From positions 1-64,000 of the forward strand of contig CDROCS010000644.1 of NCBI GenBank assembly GCA_977020255.1: a DNA stretch of 64,000 bases, written 5' to 3'. Position numbers and translations under genes: made by a program. Under the pieces are notes generated by a model. That model saw nothing but the letters and a program-made list of their open reading frames with translations. It searched no databases and was not told the DNA's origin. Positions 43,182 through 52,474 of the stretch are shown piece after piece. Numbering within the stretch: the stretch's first letter is position 1; every line of letters starts with the position of its first letter. The stretch is from Obrimoposthia wandeli. Its lineage: Eukaryota.

Positions 43182-43915
43182 TATATATAGTCGTATGCTA
43201 CTTTTGTTAAAAATAATCCTTTTGCGGGAACCGATGTTCCTGCGTTACTTCTGTTTTTACTTTCTATAATTTTTTTAAAATCATCAATAGTAGTTTTTCC
43301 AATTCCAATATCAATTAGAGTCCCAACAATTGCTCGCACCATGTTTCTTAAAAAACGATTTGCACTAATATGAAATGTTAATTCATTATCATTTAAAACC
43401 CACAAAGCATTCGTTACTTTACAGTTAAAAGTATGAACCCCTGTTTTTACTTTCGAAAAACATTCAAAATCTTCATATTCATATAGAATAACAGCAGCTT
43501 GGTTCATTAAATCAATATTTAATTGTTGATTGTATAGTTGCCAAGAAGTGTCTAACGAAAACGGATTTCTACCAAGCCAAATTTTATATTCATAACTTCT
43601 ACTGCTCGCGTCAAAACGAACATGTGCATCGTCATGAACCAATTTAGTATTATATATTACAATATCGTCCGGCAAGATGGCATTTAATCTAAACGCAAAG
43701 TTTTCAGCTAAAACAATATCTGTATCAAAATGTGCAAACATTTGTGATGCATGTACGCCAGCATCTGTTCTGCCTGCACCAGTAATAACTATTTTTTGTC
43801 TTAAAACAGTACTAATAGCGTCGTTTATTTTTTCTTGTATAGAAATTGCATCAGGTTGTATTTGCCAACCATGATAGTTTTTTCCTTTGTACGCTAGTTC
43901 AATAAAATACCTCAA
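43181..43915 (-). CDS. truA: tRNA pseudouridine(38-40) synthase
   Basis: YHGWQIQP, GAGRTDAGVHA, RFLRNMVR, GLFL..V.Y. Confidence 0.96.
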   Translation of the reverse strand: MRYFIELAYKGKNYHGWQIQPDAISIQEKINDAISTVLRQKIVITGAGRTDAGVHASQMFAHFDTDIVLAENFAFRLNAILPDDIVIYNTKLVHDDAHVRFDASSRSYEYKIWLGRNPFSLDTSWQLYNQQLNIDLMNQAAVILYEYEDFECFSKVKTGVHTFNCKVTNALWVLNDNELTFHISANRFLRNMVRAIVGTLIDIGIGKTTIDDFKKIIESKNRSNAGTSVPAKGLFLTKVAYDYI

Positions 43916-44082
43916 AAATGATGAAATTTAAATGGCTAAATTATGAAATAATAGATTGAGTTGCAGTGGCTATTCAAAGAAATATGTTTTTTGGGGGTAA
44001 TAAAATACAGAAGTTACTTTTAAAATCTAGAATATAAATATTAGCACCTATTTTGTATAGACTATTTGTTAGTTTTGTGTTG

Positions 44083-44577
44083 ATGAAAAAAATACTGCTC
44101 CTTTCCGATACACATAGTTATATTGACGATCAAATATTAAAGTTTGTAAAACAAGCTGATGAGGTTTGGCATGCTGGTGATATTGGTGATTTGAAGGTTA
44201 CGGATACTTTAAAAAAGTACAAACCTTTGCGTGCGGTTTATGGAAATATTGATGATAATGATGCTAGAGCAGAATTTCCGTTAGATAATAAATTTATTGT
44301 AGAAGGGGTTTCTGTTTGGATTACGCATATAGGCGGATATCCGAATGCATATAAACCAAGAGTAAGAGATGGGTTGAAAGCCGGTTCTCCAAAAATATTT
44401 ATTAGTGGCCATTCACATATTTTAAAAGTACAATATGATGAGAAATTTAAACTACTGCACTTAAATCCTGGGGCCGCAGGAAAACACGGGTTTCATAAAG
44501 TAAGAACAATGCTTCGTTTTGAATTAAATAAAGGCGAAATCACCAATATGGAAGTTATAGAATTAGCTCACCGATGA
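44083..44577 (+). CDS. YfcE-family metallophosphoesterase
   Basis: LLSDTH, HAGDIG, GNID, GHSH, LNPG. Start placed at MKKILL. Confidence 0.9.
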   Translation: MKKILLLSDTHSYIDDQILKFVKQADEVWHAGDIGDLKVTDTLKKYKPLRAVYGNIDDNDARAEFPLDNKFIVEGVSVWITHIGGYPNAYKPRVRDGLKAGSPKIFISGHSHILKVQYDEKFKLLHLNPGAAGKHGFHKVRTMLRFELNKGEITNMEVIELAHR

Positions 44578-46398
44578 TAGTTTAAAAGATTTTTGTTGTT
44601 GAATAGGGATTGTTATTGAGATTCTCGTTCCTTTATTTGTTGCTGAATTTATAGATAGCTTCCCGTTCATCATCTCTAATCGAGCTTCTATTTGATTTAA
44701 GCCAATACCTGTGTTTTTAATAGCGGTAGCAGACGTGTTAAAGCCGATGCCGTTGTCATTAACAAGAATAGTTAATTGATTTTTTTCTTGTTTTATAATT
44801 ATTTGGGCAACGCTAGCTTTACTATGTTTTAAGATGTTATTAGCAAGTTCTTGAATAATATTAAATATTTTTATTTCAAACTCTTGATTATACCTGTTAA
44901 TGTTTAAAGCGCTAACTTCAAATTTTAACTCGCTGTTAGAGTATTTTTTTACGACATCTTTTAATGCATATTCTAAACCAAATTTCAATAAAATAGATGA
45001 AATAAGATTGTGAGATAAATCACGAACTTTTTGTGAAGCTTCTAAGATTATAGCTTGTGTTTTTTCTATTTCTTGAGGAGCATTGTCGCTAAATTGTTTT
45101 TTAGTGGCGCTTAAATGCATGTTTGCAGATGATAGCAGTGCACTTACATTGTCATGTAAAATTTCGGCGATCTGTTTTCGTTCAGATTCTTTAGCATCTA
45201 TAGTAGCGTTTAGTATTTTTGTTTGCGTATCTGATTTTAGCTTTTCAAAACTTTGTTGTTGTTTTAAATTGTTTTCAGATAGTTTTAGTTGTAGGTTTTT
45301 TTGGCGTAATTTATAATTATAAACCACAACCCCAGAGATTAAAATCACTAATAAACTTAAAGCACCAAAGAGTAAGCTAGTTTTATTATCTTCTGCTTCA
45401 ATTAGTTTTGTTTTTGCTTTAGCCAAGTTTACTTTTTGTTGCTCAAGGTTTTCTTTATGTTTTACAGTTACTTCTTCAATTATCCTTCGAACTTCTTTCT
45501 CTCTTTGATTATCTTCTATTTCATAAGATAATTCTTGGTAATCATAAGCTTTGTAATCTTTTAGATTCCTCATAGCCCAAGCTAAATTATAATATAAATT
45601 AGCTTTTAGTTTTATTGCTTTTTGACTGTTATCATTTTTAATTAAACTAATACCTTGTAAATAATATTTTCTTTTAGCTTCTTAAAATCTTTTTGAGATA
45701 GATGTGCTCAAATACTTTCCGATTAGTTTAATGAAAGGTTAGCTTGTTTATTTTTATATATATATTGACAGATTTTAAAGCGAACTTTTTCGCTGTTTCA
45801 AAAAGAGAGTCTTGTGAGTAAATCCCAGATAAATTGTAGAATGATACAGCTTGAAATTTAAATATTTTGTTATTTAATGTGTCTAATTTACTCAGTTTGT
45901 TGTAGTAAAAAATAATGCGGTACTTTATCATTCAGTGTTAACTCTTTGAATATCCGCTACCAATTCTTTGAAGAGTTTTACTGATTTGCAGTAATATGTT
46001 TTTAATAATATTTTTTGTCATTTTTCGATTCTTCGTAAAACCAAATGCTTTAGTATTTGATTTTAAAAGATTTTTTGTTAATTGGCTTTTTATAATTTTT
46101 TGTTTTGTTGTAAATAATCAACAAAGAAATAAATAGCTGTTTATTTTCTTGTGCTTGATTAAACTTCATATTCTTTAAGAGCTTCTTTTAAAGTTTCAAA
46201 ATATTCCTTTTTTATATACCTGTTATATAAAAAAGAATATTTTTTTTGTGATAAAGAATCTCTATTTTTTGTTTTTGAAATTTTGTTTTGGATAGATAAT
46301 ACAATCTGTTCGTTTTTTTTATTGAATTGAGCTAAGATTGTTATCAAAGCCAAAAAAACGAGTAAAAGTGTTAAAAATATTTTATTCTTGTACAACAT
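44563..46398 (-). pseudogene. TPR-sensor histidine kinase (HisKA_3/HATPase) with fragmented N-terminal sensor; 44563-45573 remains open
   Basis: TM helix, ERKQIAEILHD, RDLSH, ELANNILKHS, DNGIGF, GIGL. Upstream fragments are a signal peptide (46159-46398) and TPR-like pieces (45728-45931; EAKRKYYL..NLYYNLAWAM) separated by stops and frameshifts. Confidence 0.8.
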
Positions 46399-46419
46399 TC
46401 ATTAAATTATAAAACAAAA

Positions 46420-47094
46420 TTAAGCATCATCTTCACCACCAACTATGATTCTGGGTTTGTGTATAGTTGCGATAGCATCTTCAGATTTTCCTGAATATTT
46501 ATGATTTACAAAATCTAATTTTAGTAAACCTTCTGTGGAGAGATTTACAGTCCTCGAAAAATCTTTCTGTTTAGCTGTACCATTAGATAAATGTACTTCG
46601 TAAGTTTCTAAGTCTTCATTATAAATAAAATCAGTAGCTACATTATTGTTCACTTTAAAGTTAAGTAAGAACATGCCTTCTTCATTCTTTGTAATGCTAT
46701 ATGAGTTTAAAAACTCGGTAATACTACCTTTAGCAAAGGTAATGTTTTCATCTTCAACAGATATTTGAGTGCGTTTTCCTTTATTTGCTTCTAAAAAGTC
46801 AATTTTTAATTCATCATTTTCAATGCTAAAATCATTAGTGTGCTTCGTTGTTGTTGTGTGCTTAGCTTCAGATAAAATGATTTCATTTGATTTGTCGATA
46901 TTTTTAACGGCAGTTACAGCGGTGTTATTTGTTGTATTAAAATCGATAGAGTAGGCTCCGTTAGCATCTCTTTTAAGTGTATACGATTGTAATAAGTTTT
47001 CTTGAGGTATGTTATCTAATTCTTCATTTTCGTTAGAAGAACATGAAGCAAAAACTAGACTAATAGCTAATAAAAAAGGAGTTAATTTATTCAT
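46420..47094 (-). CDS. Lipoprotein of unknown function with two internal ~85-aa repeats
   Basis: Lipobox FASC. LLQSYTLKRDANG...LKIDF is echoed by FLNSYSITKNEEG...LKLDF. Confidence 0.8.
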   Translation of the reverse strand: MNKLTPFLLAISLVFASCSSNENEELDNIPQENLLQSYTLKRDANGAYSIDFNTTNNTAVTAVKNIDKSNEIILSEAKHTTTTKHTNDFSIENDELKIDFLEANKGKRTQISVEDENITFAKGSITEFLNSYSITKNEEGMFLLNFKVNNNVATDFIYNEDLETYEVHLSNGTAKQKDFSRTVNLSTEGLLKLDFVNHKYSGKSEDAIATIHKPRIIVGGEDDA

Positions 47095-47321
47095 GATTTG
47101 TTATTTAAGGTTTAAAATAGCGATATACATATAAATAGAAAATGTTGGGAATCATTTTAATATAATAAGGAATAGATAACAAAGTAAGTGCCTATTTTGT
47201 ACATCGCTATAATTTTAATATTTATTTGTAGTTATTAGCGATGTACTTTTTTATAATGTATAGACTTTGGGGGAATATTTCCTTTGTTTGGGGGAACTAA
47301 AGAAAATAATTTGAAGGGTTT

Positions 47322-47972
47322 CTATACTATATTATTTTTCACAGCGTACATCGCTAAACCTACTACGTTTTTTACTTTTAATTTTTTATATAAACTTTTA
47401 CGATATGTTTCAACCGTTTTAATACTTACCAATAATAGTTCTGCTATTTCTGTAGAACTTTTTTCTAAAGCAATTAACTTTAATACTTCAATTTCCCTTT
47501 CATTTAAATCAGAATTGCTCAAATCAGGTTCTTCAACTGTAGCTTCTGTTACGTATAATTCTAACAACCTACTTTTAACATCATCACTAAAATATTGTAC
47601 TCCGTTATGAACGCTTCTAATGGCATCAATAATATGGTCACTTGCACAGCTCTTATCTATAAAACCATTGGCGCCTAATTGTACCATTTCTTGTACTAGT
47701 TTAGGATCGCTTAAACTAGAGAGGATTATTGTTTTTATTTTTTTATTACGTTTTTTAAACGTTTTTAAAACATCAATCCCATCCATTTCTGGCATATTAA
47801 TATCCAAAACCAAAACATCTGCTTTGTGCTTCATCGACCAATCTATTACTTGTTTGCCAGTTAAAGAAAAACCTTCTATTTCAAAGTCATCTTCAGTGTT
47901 TAATAAGGCGATAACTCCATCTATTAAGATTTTGTGATCATCGGCTATGTGAACTTTTATCTTGTGCTCCAT
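47322..47972 (-). CDS. NarL/LuxR-family response regulator
   Basis: IADDH, LDINMP (phospho-Asp), GANGFIDK, LNEREIEVLKL..STEIA..VKTVETYRK. Start placed at MEHKIK. Confidence 0.95.
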   Translation of the reverse strand: MEHKIKVHIADDHKILIDGVIALLNTEDDFEIEGFSLTGKQVIDWSMKHKADVLVLDINMPEMDGIDVLKTFKKRNKKIKTIILSSLSDPKLVQEMVQLGANGFIDKSCASDHIIDAIRSVHNGVQYFSDDVKSRLLELYVTEATVEEPDLSNSDLNEREIEVLKLIALEKSSTEIAELLLVSIKTVETYRKSLYKKLKVKNVVGLAMYAVKNNIV

Positions 47973-47986
47973 CGTTGTTGCGTTTA

Positions 47987-48017
47987 CAAATCTATTGTAT
48001 AATAATATTGTGTACAA
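47987..48017 (-). promoter_or_regulatory. Bacteroidota housekeeping-type promoter of the response regulator
   Basis: TTG (48015-48017), 20 nt, TAGATTTG (47987-47994) on the minus strand. Matches the -33/-7 consensus TTG...TAnnTTTG. Confidence 0.55.
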
Positions 48018-48036
48018 TACCCAATACCCCTAATCG

Positions 48037-48078
48037 TGACTTAGGGTTAACCCTATTTGACTTAGGGTTAACCCTATT
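48037..48078. repeat. Perfect 2 x 21-bp tandem repeat, each unit containing the 14-bp palindrome TAGGGTTAACCCTA
   Basis: tgacttagggttaaccctatt at 48037-48057 and 48058-48078. Confidence 0.95.
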
Positions 48079-48143
48079 TTTGTTAACATTTCTTTAACAT
48101 TTGAGTTCTGGAGTGCGCATAAATAGGTACTTTACAAAAATAG

Positions 48144-48171
48144 AAAACCGAGATAAGAATCTCGGTTTTTT
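48144..48171 (-). terminator. Terminator after DUF4293 gene
   Basis: aaaaccgagat-aaga-atctcggtttttt. Confidence 0.7.
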
Positions 48172-48198
48172 CGCACTAAATATACTAAGATGTTAGGT

Positions 48199-48636
48199 TT
48201 ATCGTAATCTATCTACAGATTTTACAAGATCTTCATCCTTTTTAATTGCTTTATTCGCTAAAACTAACAGCAAAATAACAATAATAGGAAAAAGCATCCC
48301 AATACCTTTCTCAGAAACCATAGCTTCTCCAGATAATGTTTGCGACAGATATATCAACACGCCTAATAAAAAAAGGTTTATCAATATGTTTAAGCGCCCT
48401 AAGACAAATTGTAACTGACGATTTTTAAATAAAAATAAAGTTACAATAGATAATAAAGCTGAAGTGAAAAATGATATTGGAATTATTTTCTCTAACAGAG
48501 AAACACCCGAAAATAAATCTACTATATATATAGGTAAGTTGTTTTGTGTATTTGTCCAAAGACTAAAAACAGTGGTTAACCCAGCAGAAATAATCCCTGC
48601 AATTAATAAGTATATAGATTGTTTTCTTTGTATCAT
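48199..48636 (-). CDS. DUF4293 family membrane protein
   Basis: MIQRKQSIYL, IFLFKNRQLQ-like motif, AIKKDEDLVKSVDRLR. Confidence 0.88.
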   Translation of the reverse strand: MIQRKQSIYLLIAGIISAGLTTVFSLWTNTQNNLPIYIVDLFSGVSLLEKIIPISFFTSALLSIVTLFLFKNRQLQFVLGRLNILINLFLLGVLIYLSQTLSGEAMVSEKGIGMLFPIIVILLLVLANKAIKKDEDLVKSVDRLR

Positions 48637-48835
48637 GTTTTTTATTGGTTAGCAAATGTAATATTTCTTTTTTAAAGAAGAAATATTACAAGTTAAAATA
48701 TTTGTATATATTTGTCGTATAAGTAACTGCACAAATAATAATTATATAGCTCCTATATAATTGCAATCAAATAGAACTTAATACAATCAAATTCTTTTTT
48801 CATAAAGAATTATATATAACTTAATTATTTTACGA

Positions 48836-50557
48836 ATGTTCGAGATTTCGGAATTAAAAACTAAAAAATTAGTAGACTTACAAGCAATTGCTAAAACGAT
48901 AGGTTTAACAAAAGTAAGTCAGTTAAAAAAATTAGATTTAGTTTATAAGATTTTAGACGCACAAGCTGAAACTAGTGCGAATGAAGCTAAGCCTGTGGAG
49001 GAAAAATCTAAAAGAAGAAGAATAGAAAAATTAGAAGAAACCCCAAAGCAATCAAAAGAAAAGGTTGTTGAAAAAGTTGAGGTTGAAGCTAAAGAAGAAA
49101 AGAAGGAGGCTGTTAAAAAGCCTATAGAAAAAAAGGCTAAAGCTAGTGTTGAAGTTGTAGAGAAGAAGACTGAGGTTAAAGACCAAAGTGTATCAGAAAA
49201 ACAACAACCTGTTGAAGTAGAAAAACCAACTCCAAGACCGAGACCAAGGCCTAGGGCAGAAGTAGAAGCAAGTAAAAAGGCTTCTAAACCAACGCCGCAA
49301 ACGGAAGTAAAAAAACAAGCGACACCGACACCAAGACCAAGAGCACAGGTAGAAGCAAGCAAGAAACCACAACATAAAAATCAGAATGCTAAAAAATCAC
49401 ATAATAAAAGTGGTAATAAGTATAGAGACCCTGATTTTGAATTTGATGGAATTATAGAAAGTGAAGGTGTATTAGAAATGATGCCAGATGGGTATGGATT
49501 CTTACGTTCATCTGATTATAATTATTTATCATCACCTGATGATATTTATGTTTCGCAATCACAAATAAAGTTATTCGGATTAAAAACCGGAGATACTGTT
49601 TTGGGTAATGTACGTCCGCCAAAAGAAGGGGAGAAGTATTTTCCTTTAATTAGAGTATCAAAAATAAATGGATTAAATCCTAATATCGTTCGTGATCGTG
49701 TATCTTTTGAACACTTAACGCCGTTATTTTCTGAAGAGAAATTCAACTTAGCAGAAAGAGGAAGTTCATTATCTACAAGAATTATCGATATATTTTCTCC
49801 GATAGGTAAAGGGCAGCGTGGTATGATTGTATCACAGCCAAAAACGGGTAAAACAATGTTATTAAAGGATGTTGCCAATGCGATTGCAGCAAATCATCCT
49901 GAAGTATATCAAATTGTTTTATTAATTGATGAAAGACCAGAAGAGGTTACCGACATGAAACGTAATGTTCGTGGAGAGGTAGTTGCTTCTACTTTTGATG
50001 AGCCTGCAGATAAACATGTGCGTGTTGCAAATATCGTTTTAGAAAAAGCAAAACGTTTGGTAGAATGTGGGCACGATGTGGTAATTTTATTAGATTCAAT
50101 TACGCGTTTAGCAAGAGCCTATAACACTGTTGCACCAGCTTCAGGTAAAATATTATCTGGTGGTATTGATGCCAATGCATTACACAAACCAAAACGTTTC
50201 TTTGGTGCGGCTCGTAATATTGAAAACGGAGGTTCGTTAACAATTATAGCTACAGCGCTTACGGAAACTGGTTCGAAAATGGATGAGGTTATCTTCGAAG
50301 AATTCAAAGGTACTGGTAACATGGAGTTACAGTTAGATCGTAATATTTCTAATCGTAGAATTTATCCGGCTATTGATTTAATTAAATCAAGTACGCGTCG
50401 TGATGATTTATTGTTAGACGAGAAAACAGTACAACGTATGTGGGTGTTGCGTAAATATTTAGCAGACATGAATCCTGTTGAAGCAATGACATTTATTAAT
50501 GACAGAATTAGAGTTTCTAAAAATAATGAAGAGTTTTTAATTTCTATGAACGGATAG
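48836..50557 (+). CDS. rho: Transcription termination factor Rho with long N-terminal insertion
   Basis: [49 protein letters not shown] -7 box at 48707-48714. Confidence 0.98.
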   Translation: MFEISELKTKKLVDLQAIAKTIGLTKVSQLKKLDLVYKILDAQAETSANEAKPVEEKSKRRRIEKLEETPKQSKEKVVEKVEVEAKEEKKEAVKKPIEKKAKASVEVVEKKTEVKDQSVSEKQQPVEVEKPTPRPRPRPRAEVEASKKASKPTPQTEVKKQATPTPRPRAQVEASKKPQHKNQNAKKSHNKSGNKYRDPDFEFDGIIESEGVLEMMPDGYGFLRSSDYNYLSSPDDIYVSQSQIKLFGLKTGDTVLGNVRPPKEGEKYFPLIRVSKINGLNPNIVRDRVSFEHLTPLFSEEKFNLAERGSSLSTRIIDIFSPIGKGQRGMIVSQPKTGKTMLLKDVANAIAANHPEVYQIVLLIDERPEEVTDMKRNVRGEVVASTFDEPADKHVRVANIVLEKAKRLVECGHDVVILLDSITRLARAYNTVAPASGKILSGGIDANALHKPKRFFGAARNIENGGSLTIIATALTETGSKMDEVIFEEFKGTGNMELQLDRNISNRRIYPAIDLIKSSTRRDDLLLDEKTVQRMWVLRKYLADMNPVEAMTFINDRIRVSKNNEEFLISMNG

Positions 50558-50577
50558 TTCACTGAAATATAATTTAT

Positions 50578-50606
50578 AAAAAATCCCGCTGCAAAGCGGG
50601 ATTTTT
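50578..50606. terminator. Bidirectional terminator
   Basis: aaaaaatcccgct-gcaa-agcgggattttt. Confidence 0.78.
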
Positions 50607-51155
50607 CTATTTAGGAACAATAATTTGATGTAAAGGAATGTCAAATTTATGAGTATCTTCTATCTTTTCTATTGGAGGGAAAAAATTAAGACCAATCGTT
50701 TGGGTATCTTTTCTGCAAGCCGATAAAAATCGATCATAAAATCCTTTTCCGTAGCCAACACGGTAGTTTTGTTTATCAGAAATTAGCATAGGTACAAATA
50801 CTAAGTCGATTTTTGTTACCGCAACTTCTTCTGCACTTACAGGTTCTGGAACGCCAAATTTATTTACACCAATTTTAGTGTCTTCTTTTAGGTAAAAATG
50901 AGAAAGTGAATCGTCCTTGAAGTTACATTGACTTACAATGATTTTTATATCCTTTTTCCTGAAGAAATCAATAATCGGCTGTGTGTCTATTTCATTGAAC
51001 TTCCGCATCGATAAAAACAAGTGAACATTATTGATATCGTTAAAATCTAAATCGAAAATTTGCTGATATAGGCTTTCTTGAAACTTTGTTTTTTCAACAT
51101 CAGTTAACTCTTTTCTCTTTTGTTTGTATAATTTTCTAAGATCTGATTTTAGCAT
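50607..51155 (-). CDS. 5-formyltetrahydrofolate cyclo-ligase
   Basis: EIDT, FGVPEP, DLVFVP, RVGYGKGFYDRFL, DIPLHQI. Confidence 0.93.
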   Translation of the reverse strand: MLKSDLRKLYKQKRKELTDVEKTKFQESLYQQIFDLDFNDINNVHLFLSMRKFNEIDTQPIIDFFRKKDIKIIVSQCNFKDDSLSHFYLKEDTKIGVNKFGVPEPVSAEEVAVTKIDLVFVPMLISDKQNYRVGYGKGFYDRFLSACRKDTQTIGLNFFPPIEKIEDTHKFDIPLHQIIVPK

Positions 51156-51156
51156 T

Positions 51157-51522
51157 TTACATTGATTTTAGTTCTTCTTGCAGTTTTTTTGTTAAGCCTT
51201 TTACAATTAAATCATAAGAATGATCAATTAATTGAAAAGTAAACTCATCAGAAACATCGTTATTTAAAGTAACAGTATTCCAATGTTTTTTATTCATGTG
51301 CCAACCAGGGTTTATACTTTCATATTCACCTCGAAGTTCTAAAGATTTATCAGGGTCACACTTTAAATTCACCTTGGTTTCTCCTTTCTCCCAGCTATCT
51401 AATCCTGTTAAAGCAAACATTTTATTCATCACTTTAAAGACTAAAGTAACTTCATCAAAAGGAAAATGTTCTGTAACACCTTTTTTAATAATACAATAAT
51501 CTCGAAGTTGTTCTATATGCAT
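51157..51522 (-). CDS. MmcQ/YjbR family protein
   Basis: FPFDE.TLVFKV.NKMFAL, NLKCDP, PGWHMNKKHWNT. Confidence 0.93.
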   Translation of the reverse strand: MHIEQLRDYCIIKKGVTEHFPFDEVTLVFKVMNKMFALTGLDSWEKGETKVNLKCDPDKSLELRGEYESINPGWHMNKKHWNTVTLNNDVSDEFTFQLIDHSYDLIVKGLTKKLQEELKSM

Positions 51523-51761
51523 TTATTTTTAATTTTAAAAATTCTTAAAATAGAGAAGATAACAGCAACTATACCAAGTAATAAGAAAAAGTATTTAGAG
51601 ATGTTTATAATAATGAAAAACTCAAATCCCCAATTTGCAAAAGATTTATCTAAATTTATTTGATGTGATTTAAAGTAATTGTTACTGTTTATAAAATGAT
51701 ATAAAAATAAAGAGATACAAGAAACTAATAATAGTTTAAATGTTTTGTGAAATTCACTCAT
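51513..51761 (-). CDS. Small two-TM hypothetical protein
   Basis: Co-oriented ORF filling the gap between DUF4230 and MmcQ genes, with two hydrophobic segments. Confidence 0.55.
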   Translation of the reverse strand: MSEFHKTFKLLLVSCISLFLYHFINSNNYFKSHQINLDKSFANWGFEFFIIINISKYFFLLLGIVAVIFSILRIFKIKNKCI

Positions 51762-51771
51762 TAATTTTTAT

Positions 51772-52383
51772 TTATTTTAATACGTTTTTATTTGAGTCAG
51801 GTAATTCTAATGTAGAAAAATCTAATTTCCATCCGATTGTTTCTACTAAATTTTCCATTAAAGAAATAGCTTCTAACGCTTCTTTATTTGCGGTTTGCAT
51901 TAGGTTGCTTTCGGGTATTTTTTGAAGAATATGCTCTTTAGCTTCTTTATTTACTGTAGTTAAATCATCTGAACTAAATTTATTTAATAACCCGTTTTGG
52001 ATATCATAAAAACGTAAGTTAGGTTCTACAGAAAAAACTTCGGGTTGCGGGAATTCAGATAAGACTAATGATTTTTTTTTGATATCGGTGTGCATTTTTA
52101 TTTTTCTAAAATCGAAGCCAATATGCACTTTAGCATTAATTAAAATGATGGCCTTTTTTTTACTAGAAAATAAGCCTAAAAATTTTTCTTTGGTATTTTC
52201 ATGGTGATAAATTTCGGCGAATTCACCTTCAATAGTAATTAACTTAGATACCTTTTTAATTTTATCTAGCAAAATAACAGACTGTTTCTCAGTTAAGCTC
52301 CTTTTGCTTGCAAACGAGAATTTAAGAAAAATAAAATAAGAGATAATCGCACCACTTACTAAGCCTAAAAATAGTAATTCCAT
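51772..52383 (-). CDS. DUF4230 domain protein
   Basis: N-terminal TM, KKVSKLIT.EG.F.EIY, KKAI...NAK..IGFD, LPQPE-like motif. Confidence 0.82.
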   Translation of the reverse strand: MELLFLGLVSGAIISYFIFLKFSFASKRSLTEKQSVILLDKIKKVSKLITIEGEFAEIYHHENTKEKFLGLFSSKKKAIILINAKVHIGFDFRKIKMHTDIKKKSLVLSEFPQPEVFSVEPNLRFYDIQNGLLNKFSSDDLTTVNKEAKEHILQKIPESNLMQTANKEALEAISLMENLVETIGWKLDFSTLELPDSNKNVLK

Positions 52384-52416
52384 AAATACGAATTTACATA
52401 AAATATAGCAGCGAAT

Positions 52417-52455
52417 AAAAAGGCTTAAGAAAAATCTTAAGCCTTTTATTGGGGG
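52417..52455. repeat. Direct repeat of tRNA-Pro 3' end + terminator (attR-like)
   Basis: 35/39 identical to 56528-56566. Two of the four differences are a compensatory pair in the stem. Confidence 0.8.
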
Positions 52456-52474
52456 AATAGCAACGTTTTTATAT

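Noticed and set aside
48037-48078. Possible CRISPR-like repeat
   Set aside because: Only two adjacent units, no spacer and no cas genes.
3252-50562. Many short ORFs in the track antisense to or nested in long genes (e.g. 3252-3512, 7554-7757, 8136-8351, 10900-11142, 13889-14589, 17149-17403, 27041-27283, 30249-31584, 47284-47937, 48943-49878, 50119-50562)
   Set aside because: Shadow ORFs of well-supported genes, with no motifs and composition mirroring the sense strand.
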